Shown: piece after piece, positions 19,198 to 28,926 of the stretch
Numbering within the stretch: position 1 is the first letter of the stretch
How the letters are laid out: each line of letters starts with the position of its first letter
Assembly (NCBI GenBank): GCA_035361075.1
Contig: DAOSBX010000013.1
Span: forward strand, 10,160 to 74,159
Direction of reading: 5' to 3'
DNA from: Candidatus Hydrogenedens sp.
Lineage (GTDB): Bacteria > Hydrogenedentota > Hydrogenedentia > Hydrogenedentales > Hydrogenedentaceae
Length of the DNA: 64,000 nt
The notes under the pieces: model-generated
What the model saw: the letters and a program-made list of their open reading frames with translations, nothing else
Database searches by the model: none
Told to the model about the DNA's origin: nothing
Position numbers and translations under genes: made by a program

Positions 19198-20415
19198 TTA
19201 ATCTTTTTTGCCAAAATCATATCTAATTCCTGCGGAAAGTCTATGTTCCCAAGGTTCAATGCGTCGTTCTTGATGTTCGCTATCGTAATCATTGGATAAA
19301 GTTAGGTCGATACTTAAATTTTTAGAGACAGGTGTTACGAGAGTTGTGAGAGAGCAAAGCCGGTAATTATCAATATGTTCGAGATTAGGTTCAAACGTTA
19401 GTGAGTGAGACAATTCTGAATTAAATATCTTTCTTGTATAGTTGCTCCCAAGTTTTAAGCTGGTATAATCCTGATTTGTCTTTTCATTATTGCCTAATGG
19501 ATTTAACATGTTGATTGTTCCCCCAATTATATCCCCCAAACTTGTTATATCTTCTGGAGACTGAATTAATCTTTGGGAAGCCTGTGTAATTTTGTTAAGT
19601 CCATCTTGAAAATTTTGTTCCTTAACCTTATCCTTTTCATAAGGGACATAAGGAAGCCATTCTTCGTGGGTTAACATTAACGCACCTTCCAGAGCCCATG
19701 TCTGACGTGGTTGTGAAATAATTTCATATCCAGTCCCACCACCTATTTGCCCCCGCAAACCTAATTTTCTGCTTTCATCTCGTTCCGCATTTGTGTCTGT
19801 ATATATATACCACTTCTCTTTAGGGTAGTATTGATAACGAAACTTTCCACCATATCTACGAGTATTAATCTGTTGTTCCACTTCTCCATAGGCACCGTCT
19901 AATTCTATATTTATCGAATCCTTTCTCTTTCTTCCAGAAATAGCGATCCCGCTTTCCATAGTTATAGTGTCCGTTGTTCCTTTTTGAAGTGTAGCGGAGG
20001 CCCGAATGTTTCCTGACCATTTCCGTTTATCTTTCTGAATAAGTGGGTCTCCTTCTGCATCTTCATTTGTTGATAAAGGTGCAATCTTTTTTACTTCTTC
20101 CCATAGAATTGTCTTTTTCTCTTTCCCTTCCTGAACAATATATTTATCTCCCGATACATGCAGTGTTCCTTGAAAGGTTTCTCCTGACGAGTAAGTCACC
20201 TCAACAAGCGAAGTAGATTCTATTTTCTTTATATCTTTACGTTTTATAGTCAAAACGCCCGCAATGTCTGTATTGATAACCAAATAATTCTCATTAATCT
20301 CTACAATAGTTCCTGTAAGAATATCGCCATTAGAAAACTCAACACGGTCTGCATAAGTAATTTCTTGCAAGAAGATTACAAAGAAACTTGTCAAAACCAA
20401 CAAATATGCTCGCAT
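19198..20415 (-). CDS. Putative outer-membrane beta-barrel protein (DUF481-like C-terminal region) with a distinct N-terminal domain
   Basis: Signal peptide. Alternating hydrophobic/polar beta-strand pattern and aromatic-rich C-terminus ending IRYDFGKKD. Assignment weak. Confidence 0.35.
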   Translation of the reverse strand: MRAYLLVLTSFFVIFLQEITYADRVEFSNGDILTGTIVEINENYLVINTDIAGVLTIKRKDIKKIESTSLVEVTYSSGETFQGTLHVSGDKYIVQEGKEKKTILWEEVKKIAPLSTNEDAEGDPLIQKDKRKWSGNIRASATLQKGTTDTITMESGIAISGRKRKDSINIELDGAYGEVEQQINTRRYGGKFRYQYYPKEKWYIYTDTNAERDESRKLGLRGQIGGGTGYEIISQPRQTWALEGALMLTHEEWLPYVPYEKDKVKEQNFQDGLNKITQASQRLIQSPEDITSLGDIIGGTINMLNPLGNNEKTNQDYTSLKLGSNYTRKIFNSELSHSLTFEPNLEHIDNYRLCSLTTLVTPVSKNLSIDLTLSNDYDSEHQERRIEPWEHRLSAGIRYDFGKKD

Positions 20416-20674
20416 ATATTTTCCCTATTTCTGCTTTGATTTGTAACTGTGCTGTTTAATCAAATAAACGAAAATGTATAGGTATTTATTTAACAATCCC
20501 TAATTAGATAAAACAAACCATAAGATAAAGTTAACAAAGGTAAGCAAAAGAAGTATAATTATCTTGCTGGATATTATAAAATATTAAAGTAACTATTCAA
20601 TATTACTTAATCTCGATACTATCTTGGAGTAGTTAAGAAACGTATAAACAATAAATAGTTTTTTAAGGAAGGTT

Positions 20675-21433
20675 TTGTATTTTATGGAATGGGAACGATT
20701 GAAGGGTAAAATCTCAAATGTAGTTTTGTTGGGAGTCACCTATGTTGCCCTTCACAGCTTATTATTTCTTTTCTATGAATTATTTTCATTATATTTAGGT
20801 CTTTCTGGTGAAGGATTCCCTGATAGTCTTATCCTTTCTGTAATAGACATTATAAAAGAGATTATCTTATGTGCTATTCTGGCGATTATCCAATCTATTA
20901 TTTTTTCACGATTAGGAGTTTTGTTAGATTTCCCCGTATGGCGTTGTAAGAGTGACCTTGAGGCATTGCGCCGTTTCTTTCTGCTCTGGTTCGGTGTAAA
21001 TATTGCTTTGATTACAATAACAAGGGTTTCAGTTGTATTAGTAGATTATGGTTACTCAAACCTTGCCGATTTATTTAGTGTCTTAGGAATTATTGCAAAT
21101 ATTATATATTTGCCCTTATCTATCTGCTGGATGTATTCAGGGGAAAAGTTATCGGAGGATGACCCAATGACACGTCCTTTTCGTGCCATCACAAGGCAGT
21201 TCGGTGAGACAGTCGGGATGTGGGTTATCATCGCCATGTCGTTATTTACTTCATTATTTGTCCTTAGTTTGCCAGTGTTCGAGGAACAAACTATTTTAAC
21301 AGCCCTCCTAAAGACAGTTATAATTATTCCTTTAGCGGCTGTAGATATTATTGTTTTTTGTTGGACATGGTTATTATGTATTCAATGTCGAATGCAAGGA
21401 TTAGATGAAGATTATTCATTAGACGAATGGTAA
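20675..21433 (+). CDS. Hypothetical integral membrane protein (about 6 TM)
   Basis: Hydrophobic ORF. No motifs recognised. Confidence 0.45.
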   Translation: MYFMEWERLKGKISNVVLLGVTYVALHSLLFLFYELFSLYLGLSGEGFPDSLILSVIDIIKEIILCAILAIIQSIIFSRLGVLLDFPVWRCKSDLEALRRFFLLWFGVNIALITITRVSVVLVDYGYSNLADLFSVLGIIANIIYLPLSICWMYSGEKLSEDDPMTRPFRAITRQFGETVGMWVIIAMSLFTSLFVLSLPVFEEQTILTALLKTVIIIPLAAVDIIVFCWTWLLCIQCRMQGLDEDYSLDEW

Positions 21434-21442
21434 AAAGGAGTC

Positions 21443-22663
21443 TTGTTTGGAATGAAAGCAATTATTCTTTGTGCAGGTAAAAGCACACGGACTTACCCGC
21501 TCACTGTAACACGTCCAAAACCACTACTCCCTCTATTAAACCGACCTATTATTGAATTTCAATTAGAAGGACTTTACTCTTTTGTTGATGAGTTTATTCT
21601 CGTTGTTGGGTATCGTCAGGAAATGATACAGCAACGATTGGGCGATAACTGGAAAGGGAAAAAGATTACTTATGTTATTCAGGAAGAACAGCGAGGAACA
21701 GGACACGCTGTATTGATGTGCGAAAAAGAAGTTCAAGGACCATTTATTGCGATAAATGGAGATGACCTCTTTGACCCTAACGATTTGAAAAATCTTGCCC
21801 AGCAAAAGCGTCCTTCCGCATTAGTAAAAGAAGTGCCAAATCCCAAAGATTACGGAATATATGAACTTGATAGTGATAACAAAGTAAAAAAACTTGTCGA
21901 AAAACCGAAAGTTATATTCTCCAACATTGCAAATATCGGTGCTTATCTTTTTACATCAGAGATTTTTCCGATTCTACATAATACACCTTTATCTGAACGC
22001 GGAGAAATTGAAATTACTTCTGCAATACAAATAATGGCGGAACAAAAGGGTTTCTGGGTATTACCAGCGGAGGGATATTGGCTACCTATTGGCTACCCGT
22101 GGGACTTGCTTCGGGCTAACGCTTTTTTGTTAGACCGTATAGAAGAGCCTAAGGTCTTGGGAACGATAATGTCAGGTGCATGGATCGAAGGAAAAGTCTT
22201 TATTGATGAAGGGACAGTTGTTCGGCCAGGTAGTTATATTGAGGGACCAGCTTACATTGGGAAAAATTGTATGATAGGTCCGAACTGCTGGATAAGACCT
22301 TATACAACTATCGGGGATAACTGTCGTGTTGGTCAGGCTTCTGAAATAAAAAACTCGATTTTATTTAACCATGCCTATGCCCCTCATCAGAATTATGTTG
22401 GTGATAGCATTTTGGGTGAGGGGGTCAACCTTGGATGTGGAACGGTAACTGCAAATGTCCGTCATGATGGACAAGCACCTAAATCCGTTGTGAATGGTGT
22501 CTTGATTGAAACAGGATTAAAAAAGTTAGGAGCGGTTTTAGGAGATAATGTCCACACAGGAATCTTGACTGCAATTTACCCAGGTCGCAAAATGTGGCCT
22601 GGCACATTTACACGACCAGCAGAGATAGTTGAGCGAGACATCATTGGTGAAGAAAATGGCTAA
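21443..22663 (+). CDS. Sugar-1-phosphate nucleotidyltransferase with C-terminal left-handed beta-helix (GlmU/RmlA-like bifunctional type)
   Basis: N-terminal AIILCAGKSTR...PKPLLPL nucleotidyltransferase motif, EQRGTGHAV. C-terminal hexapeptide-repeat region (IGKNCMIGPNCWI..IGDNCRVG). True start may be the internal Met (MKAIIL) at 21452. Confidence 0.8.
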   Translation: MFGMKAIILCAGKSTRTYPLTVTRPKPLLPLLNRPIIEFQLEGLYSFVDEFILVVGYRQEMIQQRLGDNWKGKKITYVIQEEQRGTGHAVLMCEKEVQGPFIAINGDDLFDPNDLKNLAQQKRPSALVKEVPNPKDYGIYELDSDNKVKKLVEKPKVIFSNIANIGAYLFTSEIFPILHNTPLSERGEIEITSAIQIMAEQKGFWVLPAEGYWLPIGYPWDLLRANAFLLDRIEEPKVLGTIMSGAWIEGKVFIDEGTVVRPGSYIEGPAYIGKNCMIGPNCWIRPYTTIGDNCRVGQASEIKNSILFNHAYAPHQNYVGDSILGEGVNLGCGTVTANVRHDGQAPKSVVNGVLIETGLKKLGAVLGDNVHTGILTAIYPGRKMWPGTFTRPAEIVERDIIGEENG

Positions 22664-22680
22664 TAAAGGATAAAAAAAGG

Positions 22681-23760
22681 ATGAAAATAGTATTTTTCGG
22701 GAACGCCACTGAAAAAATTGCCGCTATCAGATATCGTGTACAAAAATTTGCGGATATGTTTGAAGCGGAAGGGCACCAATGTGTAATTTGCTTACATTCT
22801 TCTGTGGATTTCTACCTAAAATATTTTGAGAACCAACCAAAGTATAAAAAAGCAATTTATTGGCTATGTGTGTGGTTTAATCGCTGGTTCCAACTACGAC
22901 ACATTTTTAATGCAGATGTCATATTTTTAAGAGGACCTATATTTAAATACGGACCACCCATATTTGAATACATCATCCATGTATTTAATAAAAACATGGT
23001 TTTTGATATTGACGATGCGGTATGGGAAAAACCAGCTTTCGTAAACAATTTTTTACTTCGTTTTGTTGATTTTGATTGGGCTAAAAAGATGTGCAAAATA
23101 TGTGCGGGAGCAGTCGTTGGCAATCGTTATCTGGAAGAACATGTGAAACCATGGGGAGCCAAGAAAATCGTTATCGTTCCTACATGTATTGATATGGAAA
23201 AGCATCAACAAAAGAAAGATTACCCAAAACATAATAATCCAGTAATTATAGGTTGGACAGGGCTACATACTAATTTAGGATACCTGGATATACTCAAAGA
23301 CCCTTTGAAAGAGTTATCTAAAAAATATCCGATACAATTGTTTATTGCCTCTAATGGCTTGGATTACAATATGGATGGAGTAAATGTTGTATTCGAAAAT
23401 TGGAAATTTGAAAAGGAATTTGAATATCTACAAAAACCGGATATCGGTTTAATGCCACTGATAGATACACCACGGGCACGAGGAAAATGTGCCTTTAAGG
23501 CGTTGCAATACATGGGTGTGGGGACACCTGTTGTTATCTCACCTGTGGGGATGAATGCAGAAGTAATAGAGGATGGCGTTCACGGTTTCTTTGCACAAAC
23601 CCCCGAAGAGTGGTATGACCGATTAGAAAGGTTGATAATGGACCCAGATTTACGAGAACAAATGGGCAGAAAATCGCGACAACGCGTTATAGAATTATAT
23701 TCATTTGAAGCAAACTATCCTCGACTGAAAGAATTCCTATTGGATATTGCAAAGGGATAA
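22681..23760 (+). CDS. Glycosyltransferase, GT-B fold (GT4/GT1-like)
   Basis: C-terminal GT-B signature (E...FKALQYMGVGTPVVISPVGMNAEVIEDGVHGF). 359 aa. Lies in the glycan-biosynthesis locus. Confidence 0.65.
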   Translation: MKIVFFGNATEKIAAIRYRVQKFADMFEAEGHQCVICLHSSVDFYLKYFENQPKYKKAIYWLCVWFNRWFQLRHIFNADVIFLRGPIFKYGPPIFEYIIHVFNKNMVFDIDDAVWEKPAFVNNFLLRFVDFDWAKKMCKICAGAVVGNRYLEEHVKPWGAKKIVIVPTCIDMEKHQQKKDYPKHNNPVIIGWTGLHTNLGYLDILKDPLKELSKKYPIQLFIASNGLDYNMDGVNVVFENWKFEKEFEYLQKPDIGLMPLIDTPRARGKCAFKALQYMGVGTPVVISPVGMNAEVIEDGVHGFFAQTPEEWYDRLERLIMDPDLREQMGRKSRQRVIELYSFEANYPRLKEFLLDIAKG

Positions 23761-23765
23761 ACCAA

Positions 23766-25076
23766 ATGAAAGAAACAAACAATCCGGATGTGGCTCTGGC
23801 GTGGGAGTGGATAGAAGAATTAGATAACTGGATTGAAGAAAACGGCTTGTATGGCTATGACCGTTTCGATGTAAAAGACCATCCTCTATTTCGTTCCGTA
23901 CAGACCATTCCTCTTCTACGCAAATTAAGTTCCGGCTATTCTGAATTATTTCCTAAATTTACACGATGGCTCCTGCGTGTGAAGAAAACAGAAAATCCTA
24001 AAGCCCATGCATTAATGGCAACGGGGTATCTGCGGTTGCACTCAATAGAGCCTGAAAAGGGACATTTAGAAAAAGCGAAAACGCATTTGTTATGGCTCCG
24101 TTCTCAAAGAACACCCGGTATTGATGGCTGGGCATGGGGATATCCCTTTGCTTATACTGGCAAAGGAGTACATGTCCCTGCGAAAACTCCTGTTAGCGTT
24201 GTTACCGCTATTGCAGGTCAAGCCTTTTTATCCGCTTATCAGATGACACAAGAAGAACAATATCTCTCCGCTATACTTGAAATTGCAGAATTTTTTACTA
24301 AAGAACTCCCTCACTGGAAACTGAAAAATGGCGGATTGTGTTTTGGCTATGCGCTTAAAGGGGACCCACGAAAAGTTCATAACGCAAACCTGCTTGTAGC
24401 AGAATATCTATATTATGTCTCCCATATTACAGGAGAGAAAATATATAAGGAGATCGCACAACCCGCATTAGAATTTTCTCTTAATGCACAAAACGAAAAC
24501 GGTTCATGGTATTATGGATATTGGGAGGATGGCGACCCCTCTGAAAAAGAATTACATAAAATCATAGATAATCATCATACAGGGTTTGTTTTAAGGTCCT
24601 TATATGGAATTTATAAGTTAGAACCCAATGAAGTGCTCAAAGAAAAAATTTTGAAAGGGTTCCAGTTTTACGCTACTTTATTTGAAGAATTCGGTCAACC
24701 TTACTTTGCAGAAAATAAGAAATGGCCCGTAGATATACACGCTTGTGCAGAGGGGATTTTGTGCCCTTCAATTTTGGCTGAGGTTATTCCTGCAGCACAT
24801 GTTCTTGCAGTGTTTGTTCTGCGCTGGGCATGGTTCCACATGCGGAACTTAAAAACAGGTGAGCTATATTATCGGCGTTATCCATTTTTTACATCTAAAA
24901 TCACCTTTCCAAGGTGGGGCGTAGCGTGGATGTTTCGGGCTATCGCAGAATATCTATCCCGTTTCTATGAAGTCAAAGAACGGGTTGAAAGATTAAAAAT
25001 GCAAGCCATCCGATGGATGGAACCCACCACTACCGCTGGAAATACATCAAATAACAATTCAACAGAAAGAACATAA
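23766..25076 (+). CDS. Hypothetical protein, possibly (alpha/alpha)6-toroid fold (glycan epimerase/lyase-like)
   Basis: Trp/Tyr-rich helical repeats (NGSWYYGYWEDGD, HHTGFVLRSLYG). Sits between the GT and the oxidoreductase. Assignment speculative. Confidence 0.4.
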   Translation: MKETNNPDVALAWEWIEELDNWIEENGLYGYDRFDVKDHPLFRSVQTIPLLRKLSSGYSELFPKFTRWLLRVKKTENPKAHALMATGYLRLHSIEPEKGHLEKAKTHLLWLRSQRTPGIDGWAWGYPFAYTGKGVHVPAKTPVSVVTAIAGQAFLSAYQMTQEEQYLSAILEIAEFFTKELPHWKLKNGGLCFGYALKGDPRKVHNANLLVAEYLYYVSHITGEKIYKEIAQPALEFSLNAQNENGSWYYGYWEDGDPSEKELHKIIDNHHTGFVLRSLYGIYKLEPNEVLKEKILKGFQFYATLFEEFGQPYFAENKKWPVDIHACAEGILCPSILAEVIPAAHVLAVFVLRWAWFHMRNLKTGELYYRRYPFFTSKITFPRWGVAWMFRAIAEYLSRFYEVKERVERLKMQAIRWMEPTTTAGNTSNNNSTERT

Positions 25077-25099
25077 TTATTTATAATTTGGAGATTACC

Positions 25100-27232
25100 A
25101 TGCTTCAGGGAATTATTAAAAAAGGAAAAGCACTGACCATTGATGTTCCTGCTCCGCAGGTAGGCAAAGGAATGGTGCTAATAAAAGTTATTTTTAGTTG
25201 CATTTCAGCAGGGACTGAATTGAGCGGACTTGCCCGCAGTAAGAAACCATTAATTCAACGGGCATGGGAACAACCGGATAAAGTAAAAAAAGTGCTCGAT
25301 ATATTGAGAGATGAAGGTTTTACAGTTGCCTATGCAAAAGTTAAGAATAAATTAGAATCCGGCACACCTATCGGTTATTCAGTTAGTGGTATTGTTATAG
25401 CAGTCGGTGAAGGGATTAGCCGATTTCAACCCGGAGATAAAGTTTCTGCAGCAGGTGTAGGATATGCTCATCATGCAGAGTTTGTTACTGTCCCTGAAAA
25501 TCTCGTGGTTAAGGTTCCCGAGGAAGTATCGTTCGAAGAGGCTTCCACTGTAGCATTGGGAGGAATAGCAATACAAAGTATACGACGGGCAAACCTACAA
25601 CTGGGTGAGTTTGGGGTGGTTTTTGGAGCAGGAATTTTAGGTTTGTTAACTACACAGATGCTCATTGCTTCCGGTATAAGGACAGCAGTAATTGATATTG
25701 ACCCACATCGTTTAAACATTGCTAAAGAATTGGGGGCAGAATTGGTTATTAACTCTAATGATGAAAATCATGTTGATAAAGTAATCAATTGGAGTGATGG
25801 TTACGGAGCAGATGCAGTTATTTTTACCGCGTCTACCCAGCAAAACGAACCGTTATCTCAATGCTTCCGTATGACACGAAAGAAAGGAAAAGTTGTATTG
25901 GTAGGTGTGTCAGGTTCCGAAATTAAGCGTGAAGATATTTACTCCAAAGAATTGGATTTTCTTATTTCCACATCTTATGGACCCGGCAGATATGATACCC
26001 AATATGAAGAAAAAGGGGTTGATTATCCGTATGCCTATGTTCGCTGGACAGAGAACAGGAACATGAAAGAATACTTGAGATTAATACACAGTAAGCACAT
26101 AAAACTTGACAGATTGATAGAAAAAACATACCCCATTGAACAAATTGCGGATGCTTTTGACTGTCTTTCTTCACAAATACCGCGCCCGTTAATCGTCCTT
26201 CTCCAATATGGATTACCTGAGGAAAAACCTTTACTCCCGGACATATCACAACAAATAATTCATGTGAATACGAGCTATACCCCAAAATCCGTTATTAATG
26301 TTGCTATTATTGGTACGGGGGGCTTTGCTACAAATATGCATTTACCAAACCTGGCCAAACTTAAAGATAAATATTCTATTTACGCAACTATGGACCGTTC
26401 CGCACAACAGGCAAAGTTCGTAGCAGAACAATATCAAGCCAAATATACCACAACCAATCTGGATGAAATATTAAGTGATAAGCAGGTGGACCTTGTTTTG
26501 ATAACTACAAGACACGACTCTCATGCGGAATACTGTTTGAAAGCATTACAGGCAGGAAAACATGTTTTTGTGGAAAAACCCTTAGCCATATCTCAGGAGG
26601 AATTGGATAAAATAAAGGACTTCTATTTACAAGGAAGTGGGCCTAAACCTGTATTACTTGTCGGTTTTAATCGCCGTTTCAGTAAATATCTTACAGAGAT
26701 AAAAAAACATACCGACAAACGAATTAACCCTTTGCTTATCCATTATCGAATGAATGCAGGACTTTTACCTCCAGACCATTGGGTTTTTGAAACAGGCGGT
26801 AGGATTATTGGGGAAGCATGCCATATTATAGATACCATTTCCTTCCTTACAAAAAGCCCCATAGAGAGTATCTCAGTAGAATCAATAACACCAACGACAG
26901 ACCGATATAGCCCAGTGGATAATAAAATCGTGATATTAAAATATAAAGATGGTTCCATTGCTTGTTTTGAATATTTCTCTGTGGGAAGTACAGAATTTGG
27001 TAAAGAGTACATGGAGGTTCATTTCGATGGAAAAACCCTCGTGATGGATGATTATAAATCTTTGAAAGGTTATGGTCAGAAAATCAATGAAATACAAACT
27101 CGAACCAGCCAGAAAGGTCACTTTGAAGAACTGCTGGCCCTTCATGATTCCATAACCGGTAAAAATCCAAATTGGCCTATTCCCCTCCCTGAATTGCTCC
27201 AAACCACAGAAGCAACTTTTATAATAAAGTAA
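25100..27232 (+). CDS. Bi-domain oxidoreductase: N-terminal MDR/zinc-ADH-like domain plus C-terminal Gfo/Idh/MocA NAD(P)-binding oxidoreductase domain
   Basis: MDR-like GxGxxG (VFGAGILGLLTTQMLIASG). Second Rossmann region VAIIGTGGFATNMHLPNL followed by EKPLA (Gfo/Idh/MocA signature). ATG at 25100 preferred (GGAG 6 nt upstream). Confidence 0.7.
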   Translation: MLQGIIKKGKALTIDVPAPQVGKGMVLIKVIFSCISAGTELSGLARSKKPLIQRAWEQPDKVKKVLDILRDEGFTVAYAKVKNKLESGTPIGYSVSGIVIAVGEGISRFQPGDKVSAAGVGYAHHAEFVTVPENLVVKVPEEVSFEEASTVALGGIAIQSIRRANLQLGEFGVVFGAGILGLLTTQMLIASGIRTAVIDIDPHRLNIAKELGAELVINSNDENHVDKVINWSDGYGADAVIFTASTQQNEPLSQCFRMTRKKGKVVLVGVSGSEIKREDIYSKELDFLISTSYGPGRYDTQYEEKGVDYPYAYVRWTENRNMKEYLRLIHSKHIKLDRLIEKTYPIEQIADAFDCLSSQIPRPLIVLLQYGLPEEKPLLPDISQQIIHVNTSYTPKSVINVAIIGTGGFATNMHLPNLAKLKDKYSIYATMDRSAQQAKFVAEQYQAKYTTTNLDEILSDKQVDLVLITTRHDSHAEYCLKALQAGKHVFVEKPLAISQEELDKIKDFYLQGSGPKPVLLVGFNRRFSKYLTEIKKHTDKRINPLLIHYRMNAGLLPPDHWVFETGGRIIGEACHIIDTISFLTKSPIESISVESITPTTDRYSPVDNKIVILKYKDGSIACFEYFSVGSTEFGKEYMEVHFDGKTLVMDDYKSLKGYGQKINEIQTRTSQKGHFEELLALHDSITGKNPNWPIPLPELLQTTEATFIIK

Positions 27233-27300
27233 TACTGTAATTCCTCTTTGATACCGACTTTATAAACTCTTTTTTACTTTAATTTAATAGGAGAATATTT

Positions 27301-28908
27301 TTACTTATTAGTCGGATTTTTTACTTTATAAATGGAATTCCATAACAACGAATGATGCTTCCATAAAGTATCTTTAGAACTATACACAGGAATCCCATTT
27401 TCAATTCGAAACAACTCAGGATTTAACAATACAGGATTTGTTGCTACCTTCGTAAGTACAATATCAGAAAGTATGTATTGAGAACCGATAGGACTTGATA
27501 AATCAAATTTAAATATTCGCGAAAAGAAAGTATCTTTGTAAATATTTCTATATTTGAAAGCATTAGATACAACAATATAGTCAATATCGTATTGTTTAAT
27601 AAACTCTTCTTCATTTTGTTCTTTTAATAAACATGGAAGAATTTCTCCACCTACAATACCATCTGCACTTACTAATTGGGCACTCGTGTTGAACTGAAAC
27701 TGTATTTCATAAATTAATATTTTGCTTTTTTCATGCACATCCAATCTCCGAATTTCTTCTGCAAAATCATTCCCTAAGATACGGTCAAAACTATACTTAT
27801 AGTTTTCGGGTTTATTTAATTGCAAATGTTGATATAGAGCAAATAAAAACAGGGGCAACATAATAACAATTGCTATCTTTGAATATTTTGAAAAATGTCT
27901 TACTATTTCCATTGTAATCCATGGGAACAATACAGGGACTAATGTTAGCAAATATCTGCCTGAATAATTCATAGGGGGAAAAATAAAGTAAATAAACACC
28001 AGAAGTACACTAGTAAAAAACATAATATTTTTTATTCTATCCACGGAACGGAATTTAGAAAAATTTAGAACAACAAAGAAAATAAATAGGGGTAAGATAA
28101 AGAGTAAAGAGGGAGCAAACCGGTATAAATCACCAATGGATATAAATAATTTCTCTATATAGGAAATATTTTTGTTTTCTAAGGAACGGACAATTCGCCC
28201 TAAAAATGAGGATGGGAGAAGAGTCCCTGTCATAAAGAATAGATAGCCATAAACAACCCCAGTACTCGATATACCTACAAGAAGATATTTCCAGAAATTT
28301 TTTTTATTCTCTGAAATAAAAAAGATTGCACTAAGAAAAAACAAAAGATATTCTGGCCGAATAAGCATAGAACATCCTGCTAAAAATATACCTGTATTTT
28401 TCCAATTTATTTTTAATAAGAATAAAGCAAATGGTGGAAGAAATATTAACAATGCAGTTTCGTATAACTGGGTAGAGGATATAAAAAGAGAATAAAGAAA
28501 CATGTAAGCTAAAACTAAAAACAAGATACTAAATAGATTTTCTTTTTCTGATATCGGAGATTTTTTATTGCCAATGCATATATAAACATTCAGTAGTATT
28601 CCCCCAAAAATAAAAATCTTATTCAAACAGGTAGCAAAAACCAACCATTTGTCAAAACCTAAAAGAGAATATGGAACAGAATTCAATATAACCCAAAGAG
28701 GAGAAGTTGCTCCATGTTTTACTTCATAACCGTAGGTAAAAGGCTTTTTGAAAAAGTCACGAATAAAAGTAAAATATATAGAAGCGTCCCCATGAATTCG
28801 TGTTTTGTGAAGATAAAGAACAATAAAAAGAAATATAAATGGGGTAATTGCAGATATACGATATATAATTCTTTCTTTTTTAAAAAGATAAGTATCTAAA
28901 TAAAACAT
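27301..28908 (-). CDS. Polytopic membrane protein, GT-C-fold glycosyltransferase-like (ArnT/PMT-like architecture)
   Basis: About 11 TM helices in the N-terminal 340 aa, plus a soluble C-terminal domain of about 190 aa. Extremely AT-rich relative to its neighbours. Confidence 0.45.
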   Translation of the reverse strand: MFYLDTYLFKKERIIYRISAITPFIFLFIVLYLHKTRIHGDASIYFTFIRDFFKKPFTYGYEVKHGATSPLWVILNSVPYSLLGFDKWLVFATCLNKIFIFGGILLNVYICIGNKKSPISEKENLFSILFLVLAYMFLYSLFISSTQLYETALLIFLPPFALFLLKINWKNTGIFLAGCSMLIRPEYLLFFLSAIFFISENKKNFWKYLLVGISSTGVVYGYLFFMTGTLLPSSFLGRIVRSLENKNISYIEKLFISIGDLYRFAPSLLFILPLFIFFVVLNFSKFRSVDRIKNIMFFTSVLLVFIYFIFPPMNYSGRYLLTLVPVLFPWITMEIVRHFSKYSKIAIVIMLPLFLFALYQHLQLNKPENYKYSFDRILGNDFAEEIRRLDVHEKSKILIYEIQFQFNTSAQLVSADGIVGGEILPCLLKEQNEEEFIKQYDIDYIVVSNAFKYRNIYKDTFFSRIFKFDLSSPIGSQYILSDIVLTKVATNPVLLNPELFRIENGIPVYSSKDTLWKHHSLLWNSIYKVKNPTNK

Positions 28909-28926
28909 ATTATCTCCGAGTAAGCT

